The notes under the pieces are model-generated. The model made no database searches. It saw only the letters and a program-made list of their open reading frames with translations, and was not told the DNA's origin. Shown in pieces: positions 47,274 to 55,615 of a stretch of DNA of 64,000 nucleotides. Position numbers and translations under genes: made by a program. The number at the start of each line of letters is the position of its first letter. The first letter of the stretch is position 1. The DNA lies in IMG/VR virus record IMGVR_UViG_3300036835_000208. The stretch is one strand, 5' to 3'. Source of the DNA: an uncultured virus (IMG/VR IMGVR_UViG_3300036835_000208) (Duplodnaviria; Heunggongvirae; Uroviricota; Caudoviricetes).

Positions 47274-47635
47274 TGGAGCCTCCTCGCAACGGAGATGCGG
47301 AAGTGGTGCTCGGTGCAGAGCTGTTGAGCGTAGTCGAGAGGTGGGTGCGGGTAGAGTCGATCGAGCACCCCTGGGACACGTATGGGCAAGCCTGGGTGGG
47401 CGCAGTCAGAGACGTAATAACACCATTGCAATGGCTGGCTGCAGAGGCGGGCTACACACTGCGCTCGCTGCACAGGATCACCCACCAGGAGTACGTAGGA
47501 TTGAGGGCAGCGGACAGGATCCTGACAGCGATCGGCTGGCAGCATATGTTGGTGAATGGTGAAATTCATGTGGTGCCCAATCCCAGTTGGTCGCAGGAAG
47601 GCTGGATGCGCTGGATGAAGGAGCGAGGATGCTGA
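47273..47635 (+). CDS. hypothetical protein with a possible HTH
   Basis: LQWLAAEAGYTLRSLHRI...AADRIL. Confidence 0.5.
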   Translation: MEPPRNGDAEVVLGAELLSVVERWVRVESIEHPWDTYGQAWVGAVRDVITPLQWLAAEAGYTLRSLHRITHQEYVGLRAADRILTAIGWQHMLVNGEIHVVPNPSWSQEGWMRWMKERGC

Positions 47636-47889
47636 GGAAGCTAGCCTTTGAAGTCAGTGCCGAATCCCCAGAGCGGGCAGAGGAGGAGCTAGAGCGGATA
47701 AGCCAGATCCTCAGTAAGGCCCTGCGCGATGCGCAAGTGGGCAAGGAAGAGTGGGAGTGCATCTTCGACGCCATCGTCAAAGAATCATCGACAGTCTGGC
47801 TAGGCCGCCGCAAATTCGAGCCAATGGAAATTCCCCAAAGCGGGGAAGAAGAAACCCTCTACTGGCCGTATAGAGGAGTGGAGAAGTAA
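47629..47889 (+). CDS. hypothetical protein
   Basis: RBS AAGGAG, overlaps the upstream stop. Confidence 0.5.
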   Translation: MLRKLAFEVSAESPERAEEELERISQILSKALRDAQVGKEEWECIFDAIVKESSTVWLGRRKFEPMEIPQSGEEETLYWPYRGVEK

Positions 47890-48588
47890 CCCCGTTGATC
47901 TACCCAAAAAATTTTCCCAATTACATTTGGTAATTCATAGATGGTGTGCTACTACGCCCACACAGAATTACAATGTGAAACTCATTGGCGGTGTACCTAT
48001 ACGCCCCCCGGCCCGATCGTCTGCTTGTAAGTGCCCACTCACCTTCCCGGTAAACCCTCCCGGTATCCCCTCGGACAAATACATTTGTAAGTGGTGACTT
48101 ACATCATCCTGAATTACCTGTGAAATTGTGGTTTCGTGTGGCCCATGAAGGAGCCATGATTGAGAAACGAGAGAACAGGGGTTCATCCTCAGTAGTACCC
48201 CAAGGGTTAGATAGGGGGACAATTTCAAGCCCGCCCTGGGGGAATTCCTGAGAGAATCAGTGAGGGAACATCACTTCCTCATTCTCTTCCTGCTACTGGC
48301 AAGGGAGAAAGCCTGTGAGGTCTCTTGCAGGGACGGTTCTTTCTTGGCCCGCATTGGAAGAATTTCTATCCTTGGGAATTACCAAATAGAGCCGAAAGGA
48401 GAGGGTACTGTGCTCCTGCTGGCTCCTCTGTTCCTGCTAGCTCTCACTCAGGCCCGCCCTGGGCAATTGCTTATGTAATCCACTGGCTAGCGCTGGCCCT
48501 ACCGATGCTTGACAGCGCGGCTTCAGGAGCCTCCCCTGCTGCGCTAGGGAAACGCCGACCTAGCGATCTTCCTTCACCTTGCTTCACC

Positions 48589-48618
48589 CAAGCCCCGGTT
48601 TCCGCCGGGGCTTTTTCT
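48589..48618 (+). terminator. intrinsic terminator
   Basis: AAGCCCCGG-loop-CCGGGGCTTTTTCTT. Confidence 0.7.
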
Positions 48619-48793
48619 TGCTCCTGCGCTCTTGCCAGGGAGAGACATCACCCTGGAATGCCCCTAGAACGCCACAGGAGCGATTCTCACGCCATCCTAC
48701 GCGGGATGTGGGTCAGTTGGTCATCTAGGCGGTTTCAGGAGCTTAGAACGCCTTAGAACGCTCTGTTGTCCCTGGTGACAACTACGTGAGCAA

Positions 48794-48821
48794 GAAAAAA
48801 GCCCCGTTTTGCGAGGCTTTT
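48794..48821 (-). terminator. intrinsic terminator ending the 51-48.8 kb operon
   Basis: Plus strand A7-GCCCCG-TTTTG-CGAGGC-TTTT. Confidence 0.65.
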
Positions 48822-48867
48822 CTCGATTCGTTCCTACCTGTGCGTTTTGCATGGCTCCCTGCTTTCC

Positions 48868-49125
48868 CTACGATCCTGCCCGGAGCCGCTCGATTCGCTC
48901 CATGTAGGCTCCCGGCCGTGGCTGCGCTGACGTGAGCCACTTGCCGTAAACGTCCCACCCGGGCCATTCAAGACGGAATGCCTCCCACAGCCGCAAGCGC
49001 AAGCCTGCTAGGTGGCTATGCTGTGGATCGCTCGGGTGATACTGCTCTGCCTCGTCTCGCAAGAGATTCGCCAGCTTTTCCACGTCATAACAGCGCGGAT
49101 AGAGCCAGTCTGGACGATTTTCCAC
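48868..49125 (-). CDS. hypothetical protein
   Basis: RBS GGGGAGG before a GTG start. Confidence 0.55.
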   Translation of the reverse strand: MENRPDWLYPRCYDVEKLANLLRDEAEQYHPSDPQHSHLAGLRLRLWEAFRLEWPGWDVYGKWLTSAQPRPGAYMERIERLRAGS

Positions 49126-49220
49126 TTTGTAATCCTCCCCGTGTGTGTCTGGAACTAGCAGGCTGCTAGCTCCGGGATGACTCCCCGTGACGGGAGCCAC
49201 CCGCAGCTACTTCCTACTTC

Positions 49221-50231
49221 CTACGCGCAGACATCCGCCAGCACGCGCAAAACTTCCGTGTCGGCTGCTGCCTGCGATCCGTTCACAGCGTTTTCCATGT
49301 TGCGCACAGCGCGCGGGATACCCTTACGTACCTGTGCGTAGTGATGCGACCATGTGTTAAACGCCTGCAGGACACCGAGTGCCGTACCTTTCCACTGCGC
49401 GGCTCGCTCGTCATGGCGATAGAGCGCCATCATCTGATCCTGTTTGGTAATAGCCACTGTCCTACCGCGTCCCTCGTCTTGCGGAACAGGCACAAGGATG
49501 TCCAGGGCCTTCGTCCACTGGCTCTCAGACACTTTCCACGCAGCGAGCCTCTCTAGCTCTTCTGCGAAGTCATCCGCCAAGGAGTAGACAAGCTGGAGAG
49601 CCTCTCGCGCATCCTGCAGCCGCATACCGCTGTATTTGGTATGCCGCAGCCGGAAAGCTTGATCCCGTTCGCCAAGCGCAGCCGACAGCGTGTTATCGCA
49701 GACGACGGCCGTCACGGTGCGCTTGTAGGTCGTGGCAAGCGAACCGTCAAACGATGTGCAGGCCAGAAGATGCGGCCGGTACTCCATTCCGACAGCCGAG
49801 GAATTCTCCTCCACTTCCACGCTCACCCAAGCCTGTGCCCGATTGCGCAGCAGACCGGCCGAGCCAATCTGCAGCGTGTCGTCCAGGATCGTCGCCACGT
49901 TCGACAAGAGCCATTCGCTGTACTGATGGCCCTGATAGCCACTTTTGAAAACGCCGAGGACATCGCCCGTGTCGGACGTTACCAGCGCTTTCCGATCGGG
50001 AATGCCGACATAGGACAGAATGCCGTCCGTCTCGATCGTGGTGAATAGCTCACGCTCCTCGACTGTGAAATCGAACAGCCTGCGCTGAACGTCGTCCACG
50101 GGGATGGCTCCAGGGTAATGATTCGACTCTTCTCCCTGCTCCGTCTCCCGGTAGTGCCAAGCATGGCCGCGCTTCTCAGTGAATCCGATCAGCGTATGCG
50201 TGTTGAGCCATTTGCTCGACTCTTGCGACAT
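49221..50231 (-). CDS. DUF932 (TIGR03299-like) protein
   Basis: AWH, DTGDVLGV...Y, SAGLL, SFDGS, VVCDNTL, RHT, GTALGV. Confidence 0.88.
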   Translation of the reverse strand: MSQESSKWLNTHTLIGFTEKRGHAWHYRETEQGEESNHYPGAIPVDDVQRRLFDFTVEERELFTTIETDGILSYVGIPDRKALVTSDTGDVLGVFKSGYQGHQYSEWLLSNVATILDDTLQIGSAGLLRNRAQAWVSVEVEENSSAVGMEYRPHLLACTSFDGSLATTYKRTVTAVVCDNTLSAALGERDQAFRLRHTKYSGMRLQDAREALQLVYSLADDFAEELERLAAWKVSESQWTKALDILVPVPQDEGRGRTVAITKQDQMMALYRHDERAAQWKGTALGVLQAFNTWSHHYAQVRKGIPRAVRNMENAVNGSQAAADTEVLRVLADVCA

Positions 50232-50361
50232 TGTGAAACCTCCCGTGTGCGTGGATAGAACGGTATTGCTCTATCCCGTCTGGCTCCTTGTGAGAGCCAC
50301 GCGGGATAGCCGCAGACAACGGGGAGACTTGAAGCAGAGCAGCTCCGTTCGCATTACCTGT

Positions 50362-50643
50362 CTAGAGTGTTAGCTGCGGGTCTGGCCCGAGCAGGATCGA
50401 ATTTTCGTTCGGCTCCTCAATGGTGTCGTCCATGCAGGGACGACGATTCACTAGCTCCAGCACCGAGGCCGGAGCCTGCAGATACGGGTGGTAATAATCG
50501 CTGTACGCCTGCTCCCGATCCGTGTCGAACGTGAAGCTTCGCCCGGGCACATTGTCCCGAACGACGATTCGCAAGTCTCCCTGCCGATCCTGGAGCAGCA
50601 CGAGCGAGCCGATACCGTCCACCCGCCGACCAAGCAGGATCAC
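50362..50643 (-). CDS. hypothetical protein
   Basis: GTGA coupling with upstream gene, YYHPY motif. Confidence 0.5.
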   Translation of the reverse strand: MILLGRRVDGIGSLVLLQDRQGDLRIVVRDNVPGRSFTFDTDREQAYSDYYHPYLQAPASVLELVNRRPCMDDTIEEPNENSILLGPDPQLTL

Positions 50644-50744
50644 TCTTGCTCCTCGGCCGGTGTGACCCCTAGCACGAGCAGGACACCGAGTGAGACTGCG
50701 AGGCAGGCTATTACCACTGCCGCGCCGATCAGATTCGCGATCAC
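50640..50744 (-). CDS. 34-aa membrane peptide
   Basis: RBS GGAGGAG, one TM helix, coupled overlaps at both ends. Confidence 0.5.
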   Translation of the reverse strand: MIANLIGAAVVIACLAVSLGVLLVLGVTPAEEQE

Positions 50745-50899
50745 TGCTCCTCCTCCTGTGACGGAGGAGGAATGCGACCGGCTCCAGGAGGAGCCATACC
50801 GGCCGCCGTTCGATTGCCGTACAGCCGCGATGCGGCACGCTCCTGAAAACGGAGCCATGCTGCCTCGCTCTTGCGCAAGTTGCTTCCCGTGTGAGTCAT
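50741..50899 (-). CDS. small hypothetical protein (alternative TTG start at 50878)
   Basis: Manual translation MTHTGSNLRKSEAAWLRFQERAASRLYG... Confidence 0.4.
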   Translation of the reverse strand: MTHTGSNLRKSEAAWLRFQERAASRLYGNRTAAGMAPPGAGRIPPPSQEEEQ

Positions 50900-51181
50900 T
50901 CGTGAACTAGCTCCATTCCGGAGCTGCTCTCATTCAAGTCTCCCCCATGCCTGCGAATCGGCTCCATGCGGGAGCCATGCAAAACGCACACATCAGGGGA
51001 TTACCGATTAGTGCGCTGGAGTCCTAACGGCCGTGAGGCGGTTTCGTGAATCCCTTGCGGGGCACTTGACGTCCTCCAGCTATGTCCGCCCCGCGCCTGC
51101 GAGGCAGGCAGAGCTTACACCCTGCACAGGAAATTGCAAGCCCTACCGTCGCGGGCGCAATTATCGGGACAGTCTAATTTC

Positions 51182-51210
51182 TTGACAGACGGGCTCGGGG
51201 CTGTTACCGT
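51182..51210 (+). promoter_or_regulatory. sigma70-type promoter with no clear downstream ORF
   Basis: TTGACA-17-TACCGT with a TGn extension. Confidence 0.55.
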
Positions 51211-51904
51211 TAGCCGCAGCATGATGTAATTAGTAGCGGTAAGTAGCGGGTCGGATTAGAGCGCAGGATTATAATTACAATCTATAGCAGATTGTTTTTG
51301 TATTCCTGCAGGGATTGGCCGGGACTATCGCCAGCTCAATTCCATCCCATTAATTACATCATCTCAGCGAAATACGGGTTTGGCAAATTGAGCCACCCGG
51401 GAGCGGGTCGCCCTGACACCAGCCAGACACCGGAATTTTTGCTCAATTTTTTGGGCCTCGGCCGGAGAGGAGGGATGCTCGGCAACGTGGAGGCCTGGTC
51501 TGCCGCGCGGACAGGGGAGAGAACCCACGTGGACTCTCCTCTCCAGTCGTCTGGCCCGCTTACGATCCTAGCAGCTCTCTGTGCATTCCTCTTGCGTCGG
51601 CGCGTCGGCAGTTGTGGAGCTAGGATCACCTGGCCCGGAGGCTGAGGGAGCTTCCTGTAGTTATCTGTACCAATACGGCCAGTATCCCGGTGCGCGGATG
51701 ACACAGGAGGCTCTCTGAGCCCCTGCGAGGCCCCGGGGGTAGGTCTGACTAGGGTTCGACCTACGATCGCCTGAGAATGGCTCCTGTGCCCGTACAGAGG
51801 CATATTCCCGTGACTGCTCAGACTTGGCGCTCGGAGCGGCGCGGCGTCAGAATTCGAGACCGACGTTAATACCGACGCCGATCCCAGGGCAGGCAATTAA
51901 CTAG

Positions 51905-52050
51905 AGGAAAAGCAAAGAGCCCCGGGATGTGAGTCCCGAGGCTCTCGCTTGTGACTTACCCGGACGGTCTCAGCCGTTAATGGTGCCGGGTCATCACGCT
52001 CCGATATGGGGATAGCCGCATCGGAACTTTGACACACACAGGAAGAACCT
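51905..52050 (-). ncRNA. candidate structured sRNA / 3' UTR with anti-RBS seeds
   Basis: Successive hairpins. Contains CGGCUAUCCCC and CUUCCUGUGUGUGUC, complementary to early-gene RBS motifs. Confidence 0.4.
51908..51950 (-). terminator. intrinsic terminator of the early operon
   Basis: Minus strand GAGAGCCTCGGGAC-loop-TCCCGGGGCTCTTTGCTTTT. Confidence 0.65.
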
Positions 52051-52545
52051 TCACAGTAGCACAGGCTGGAAGATAGCGGCGACCGTAACTCTCAGTACAT
52101 TCTTTTTCAGCGGCGTCACTCGATGTTCCCACTGGCTAGGAAACACTACTAGGTCTCCATAAATAGCAGGACAGAGAGTAGGCATCCTGGCAATCGGGTT
52201 TCTTCTCGGTTTCTTTATTTGTAGCGCGCCGCCGTCTGTCTTGTAATCAAGGTTGCTGAGAAAGAGCGTGGCGCTGAGTGTGTCCGGCCTGCCTTCCCTA
52301 TGCCATCCAAAGTCATGGCTCTGGCGCGTGAGGATGTGAACCCTGCAGCCGCCGACGCCTGACATCAGCTCCATCGGATGATCGGCCAGCGTGGAGGCGA
52401 TACCCTCCAGAGTCGGCGCGAGCTGTTCCCACCAGGGGATACTCGTACGGTCTCGCATCTCGGGCTTGTCACCTGGCTTCAGATCCTCGGCCAGCCAGCC
52501 ATCGGAAACAAAATTGATAAGCGGAGCAAGAGTCAGTCGGATCAT
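52051..52545 (-). CDS. 2OG-Fe(II) oxygenase (prolyl-4-hydroxylase-like)
   Basis: FGWHRE, TLFLS..DGGAL, GDLVVFPS..HRVTP..RVTV. Confidence 0.8.
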   Translation of the reverse strand: MIRLTLAPLINFVSDGWLAEDLKPGDKPEMRDRTSIPWWEQLAPTLEGIASTLADHPMELMSGVGGCRVHILTRQSHDFGWHREGRPDTLSATLFLSNLDYKTDGGALQIKKPRRNPIARMPTLCPAIYGDLVVFPSQWEHRVTPLKKNVLRVTVAAIFQPVLL

Positions 52546-52724
52546 CTTTTTTCCTCGGTCGCCTTATCCTGCTCCTCTTTCCAGATCCGTGCCCGTAAAC
52601 GCTCGCCCGCTTCCCATTGCCGTATCTGCTGCTCCCTACTTGGGCCAATGATCCCAAGCAAGAGCACAATACCAATACCTACAAATACGACCAAGAAGAT
52701 CATGTCATAAACAATTCCCATCAC
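52542..52724 (-). CDS. small membrane protein
   Basis: N-terminal TM segment. Confidence 0.55.
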   Translation of the reverse strand: MMGIVYDMIFLVVFVGIGIVLLLGIIGPSREQQIRQWEAGERLRARIWKEEQDKATEEKR

Positions 52725-52967
52725 TCAGTTCACCGGCCTTGCGATGATTGCATCGGCCTCTTGCTCAGACCGGATGCGCAGGATTACTGCCTCTGCTGTT
52801 TTCACAGACATCTTAGTGCCAAGTTGAAAACCGACCTCATACATCTGTCTGTCTGGAGTAATGACAAGAGCAGCCATCGGGGCCAAGAAGGATTGCACAT
52901 TCTTGAACTCTACGATGTACTCTCCATCCCCGTACATATAACCGCCTAGATAATTTACCGTTGCCAT
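52725..52967 (-). CDS. hypothetical protein
   Basis: AGGGGATAGC directly before the ATG. Confidence 0.6.
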   Translation of the reverse strand: MATVNYLGGYMYGDGEYIVEFKNVQSFLAPMAALVITPDRQMYEVGFQLGTKMSVKTAEAVILRIRSEQEADAIIARPVN

Positions 52968-53001
52968 GCTATCCCCTTTGGTCGAATTACCTTATAGCCC
53001 T

Positions 53002-53030
53002 ACGGTAGCATAATTACATCTAGCTGTCAG
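53002..53030 (-). promoter_or_regulatory. sigma70-type promoter
   Basis: CTGACA-17-TACCGT, TGTAATT in the spacer. Confidence 0.6.
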
Positions 53031-53364
53031 CCTGAACGTAGTAGGTCTGACCAAGAAACTCCACAGTCATGTAATCCCTCTTCAGCGCGTCGGCTGCTGC
53101 TTCCCAGTCAATATGATAGAGCGGCCACCCGATTTCCCTAGGAACAGCACCGATGTCCTCGGCTAGCTCTTGCGCATACTCCGTGAAATAGTCCTCCCGG
53201 ATCAAAGTTGCCCCGTCGTACCAGTCCGGGATACCATCGTCAATCAGAGATTCGATTGCCTGCAACCGCTCACGTTCCTCCTCCCCAAGATCATCCTTAT
53301 CCTGGAGAAGCAGATTCAATTCGTCAATCAGACACCGGCTGTCAATAATCCTATCGTCAGTCAT
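53020..53364 (-). CDS. ArdA-like acidic antirestriction (DNA-mimic) protein, C-terminal-domain type
   Basis: FTEYAQELAEDIG..P...WPLYHIDWEAAADALKRDY..VEF..YY; very acidic. Confidence 0.7.
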   Translation of the reverse strand: MTDDRIIDSRCLIDELNLLLQDKDDLGEEERERLQAIESLIDDGIPDWYDGATLIREDYFTEYAQELAEDIGAVPREIGWPLYHIDWEAAADALKRDYMTVEFLGQTYYVQADS

Positions 53365-53407
53365 TTTGCTATCCCCTCTCGTTCGCTGATTACATCTTAC
53401 TCGCTCT

Positions 53408-53436
53408 AGGATACACAATTACACTTTACCTGTCAA
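53408..53436 (-). promoter_or_regulatory. sigma70-type promoter
   Basis: TTGACA-17-TATCCT, TGTAATT in the spacer. Confidence 0.75.
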
Positions 53437-53594
53437 GACTCCTCGCGCGGCTGTACTGCGACAAATTCCCAAGGGCTACCGTAGACGTGACTCAGTGCGT
53501 CGCCATCGCTCTCTGCAACCTCCTCCTCACTGAATGGCCCGTACAGCGTCAGACCGTCAAAGGCATTACCGACTGCCAAAATATAATCCTTCAT
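53433..53594 (-). CDS. small acidic protein (53 aa)
   Basis: Manual translation MKDYILAVGNAFDGLTLYGPFSEEEVA..., AGGGGATAGC upstream. Confidence 0.65.
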   Translation of the reverse strand: MKDYILAVGNAFDGLTLYGPFSEEEVAESDGDALSHVYGSPWEFVAVQPREES

Positions 53595-53608
53595 TTTGCT
53601 ATCCCCTT

Positions 53609-54061
53609 TCAGGCCCGAACCCAGGCGTCGAATTCATTTATATAAACAGATTCAATCATCTCTACAGGAATGTAATCGGCAGTAGCGCGAGCATAGCGCT
53701 CGAAGCGTCTCCACCTTGCCAGGTCGATCGCATCCCAATCCTCCACATCGCTGAGACCGGCTACCGCAGCCCAGCCTCCAGAACGGCCCTCACTGTAGAC
53801 TTTGACACTATTATCGGGCCAGATTTCCTCGGCCTCCTGCTGAAGATCCTCCCACCTGTACTCACAGGTGCCCCAAAAGAGCGAATCAATCTGCTCCTCA
53901 CTTACATGCTGTTCGATCCACTTCTGTGTGAAGTGAGGATTGGCATTCGGGTTTTCCTTCTGCCACTTGGGCAAGCCCGACCACAAACCGCTATGCACCT
54001 TCACGTTCGCGGCAGGCATCCCGCTGCGTGAGTCAACGTCCTGTTTCGTATACGTCCGCAT
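53609..54061 (-). CDS. acidic hypothetical protein
   Basis: AGGGGATAGC upstream, EGRSGGW motif. Confidence 0.65.
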   Translation of the reverse strand: MRTYTKQDVDSRSGMPAANVKVHSGLWSGLPKWQKENPNANPHFTQKWIEQHVSEEQIDSLFWGTCEYRWEDLQQEAEEIWPDNSVKVYSEGRSGGWAAVAGLSDVEDWDAIDLARWRRFERYARATADYIPVEMIESVYINEFDAWVRA

Positions 54062-54272
54062 TTTTGCTATCCCCTCTCTCAAACCGCGCAGTGAGAATAT
54101 CGTTCTCATTGTTAATTGGAAGCCCTGGGTCAGCCAGGCTGAAGCCAGCCGCAGGAGTTACATAGAAAATACTACGCTCTCCTAGCTTGTCCCAAGACAG
54201 GACAACAAAACCGACAGGCGTCTCTACTAGCACCTGCTCCCGGGGCTCTGTGAGCTTAACAGTTACGGCCAT
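54033..54272 (-). CDS. hypothetical protein
   Basis: Variant motif GGGATAAC upstream. Confidence 0.5.
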   Translation of the reverse strand: MAVTVKLTEPREQVLVETPVGFVVLSWDKLGERSIFYVTPAAGFSLADPGLPINNENDILTARFERGDSKNADVYETGR

Positions 54273-54277
54273 TTCAG

Positions 54278-54514
54278 TTATCCCACCCTCTCGAACGGCG
54301 ACGAGAAATGCAGCAGCGCACCGGGAGGGAACGGGGCCTGTAGATCCTCCCCAAACCATTCCTGGAGCCGCTCAAGCGTATCGGGCTCCTCGTCCACGTC
54401 TATGCGCGTATCTGTCTCGAAGCAGTGAATCAGGTAGGTATTCACGAACCCATGCTTCCACGCTGCATCAAACGCTACGCGCTTATTTCCTTTTACAATC
54501 AGTGACCTTCTCAC
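54278..54514 (-). CDS. hypothetical protein
   Basis: AGGGGATAGCC before the GTG. Confidence 0.6.
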   Translation of the reverse strand: MRRSLIVKGNKRVAFDAAWKHGFVNTYLIHCFETDTRIDVDEEPDTLERLQEWFGEDLQAPFPPGALLHFSSPFERVG

Positions 54515-54550
54515 GGCTATCCCCTCTCACTCGAATTACACACTGAGCGG

Positions 54551-54579
54551 AGTCTACAGAATTACACTTCACCTGTCAA
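54551..54579 (-). promoter_or_regulatory. sigma70-type promoter
   Basis: TTGACA-17-TAGACT, TGTAATT in the spacer. Confidence 0.75.
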
Positions 54580-54592
54580 GCCCGTGCTATCG

Positions 54593-55615
54593 TCACCGTG
54601 TCCAGCTATAGGCTCGACTCGGGTGAAGCAGTAGCGGGAGACTTTCATCTCCTACTATTGTTTCCTCGATCCAAACCTGCCTATGCATCTTCAGAGAGGG
54701 ATAAAATTGATTGCGCCAATGACCGACACGATAGTGGCGATAGTGCAGCTCGCGTTTTCCCTCACCATTTTCTTTCGGTATGCGTACTGATTCTCGCCGC
54801 AGTCTGACCACGAGCACGCCCAGGTTCTCCACATCCCGGCGGATGGCACGCTTCCTGACACCGCGTGGTGCATCAATTTTTTGGACGACTGCGACCTTCT
54901 GAGCCATCATCCGGAAGAAGGTCTGCAGCGTGGCCCAGAGGCCCGCGTAATACTGCCTGAAGGCAGGATCGACAAGACGGCCCAAGCGATCTCCAGTCTC
55001 CGGGAGCGCATCCACCACCGCCTGTGTATCTGCCATCTCCTGCTCGAAGCTGAGACCAAAGGTGAGCTGCGTATGGTGGAACAGAGACCACTTTGTCTCA
55101 CCTGCCCACGCTCCACCCATCTTTTTCAATTCAAGATATGGCTCCAGGAAGTCATCCAGGCCGACATCATCGTCGTGACTGTAAATAGAGAAATGGACGC
55201 CATCACGTTCTTTGCCAGTGCCCATATCGACTGCGCGCGTATGCGCCCAAGCGATAGCTCTCGCAGCGGCGCGGCCCGCATAGCTATCGTAAACAATCAG
55301 AGGCGACCCATCCCCGGGGGTACCGAGGATGGCAAACCCGGGGGCGATGAAGAGGTCGGATTCCACGAACGGCTCGGGCTGGAAGCTCTCAGCGGCGTGA
55401 ACGATCAGATCCTTGACCTCACCGGATATCCACATCGGAGCCCCGTATTTCATTTTGCCAGCTTCCAAAGCACACATCACCTCGGGCTCCAGAGCAGCGC
55501 AGCCGTACTTTTCTAAATTACTCTTTTGCCAGCCAGTAGCAAAACTATGGCCCGGCTTGCTAGTCCAGAACTGAGCCAGCTCGGTCTTGGCATCCAGTGC
55601 GTCGTACCAACTCAT
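54593..55615 (-). CDS. hypothetical protein
   Basis: 340 aa, C-terminal HYRVGHWRNQFYP...WI motif, AGGGGATAGC upstream. Confidence 0.7.
   Translation of the reverse strand: MSWYDALDAKTELAQFWTSKPGHSFATGWQKSNLEKYGCAALEPEVMCALEAGKMKYGAPMWISGEVKDLIVHAAESFQPEPFVESDLFIAPGFAILGTPGDGSPLIVYDSYAGRAAARAIAWAHTRAVDMGTGKERDGVHFSIYSHDDDVGLDDFLEPYLELKKMGGAWAGETKWSLFHHTQLTFGLSFEQEMADTQAVVDALPETGDRLGRLVDPAFRQYYAGLWATLQTFFRMMAQKVAVVQKIDAPRGVRKRAIRRDVENLGVLVVRLRRESVRIPKENGEGKRELHYRHYRVGHWRNQFYPSLKMHRQVWIEETIVGDESLPLLLHPSRAYSWTR

Noticed and set aside
51015..51080. Hammerhead-ribozyme-like three-stem junction on the minus strand with GAAAC
   Set aside because: The CUGANGA core is absent (GACGUCAA instead). Kept only as a structured leader.
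51292..51896. ORFs of 117 and 180 aa in the non-coding region
   Set aside because: TTG starts without an RBS and no protein-like features.
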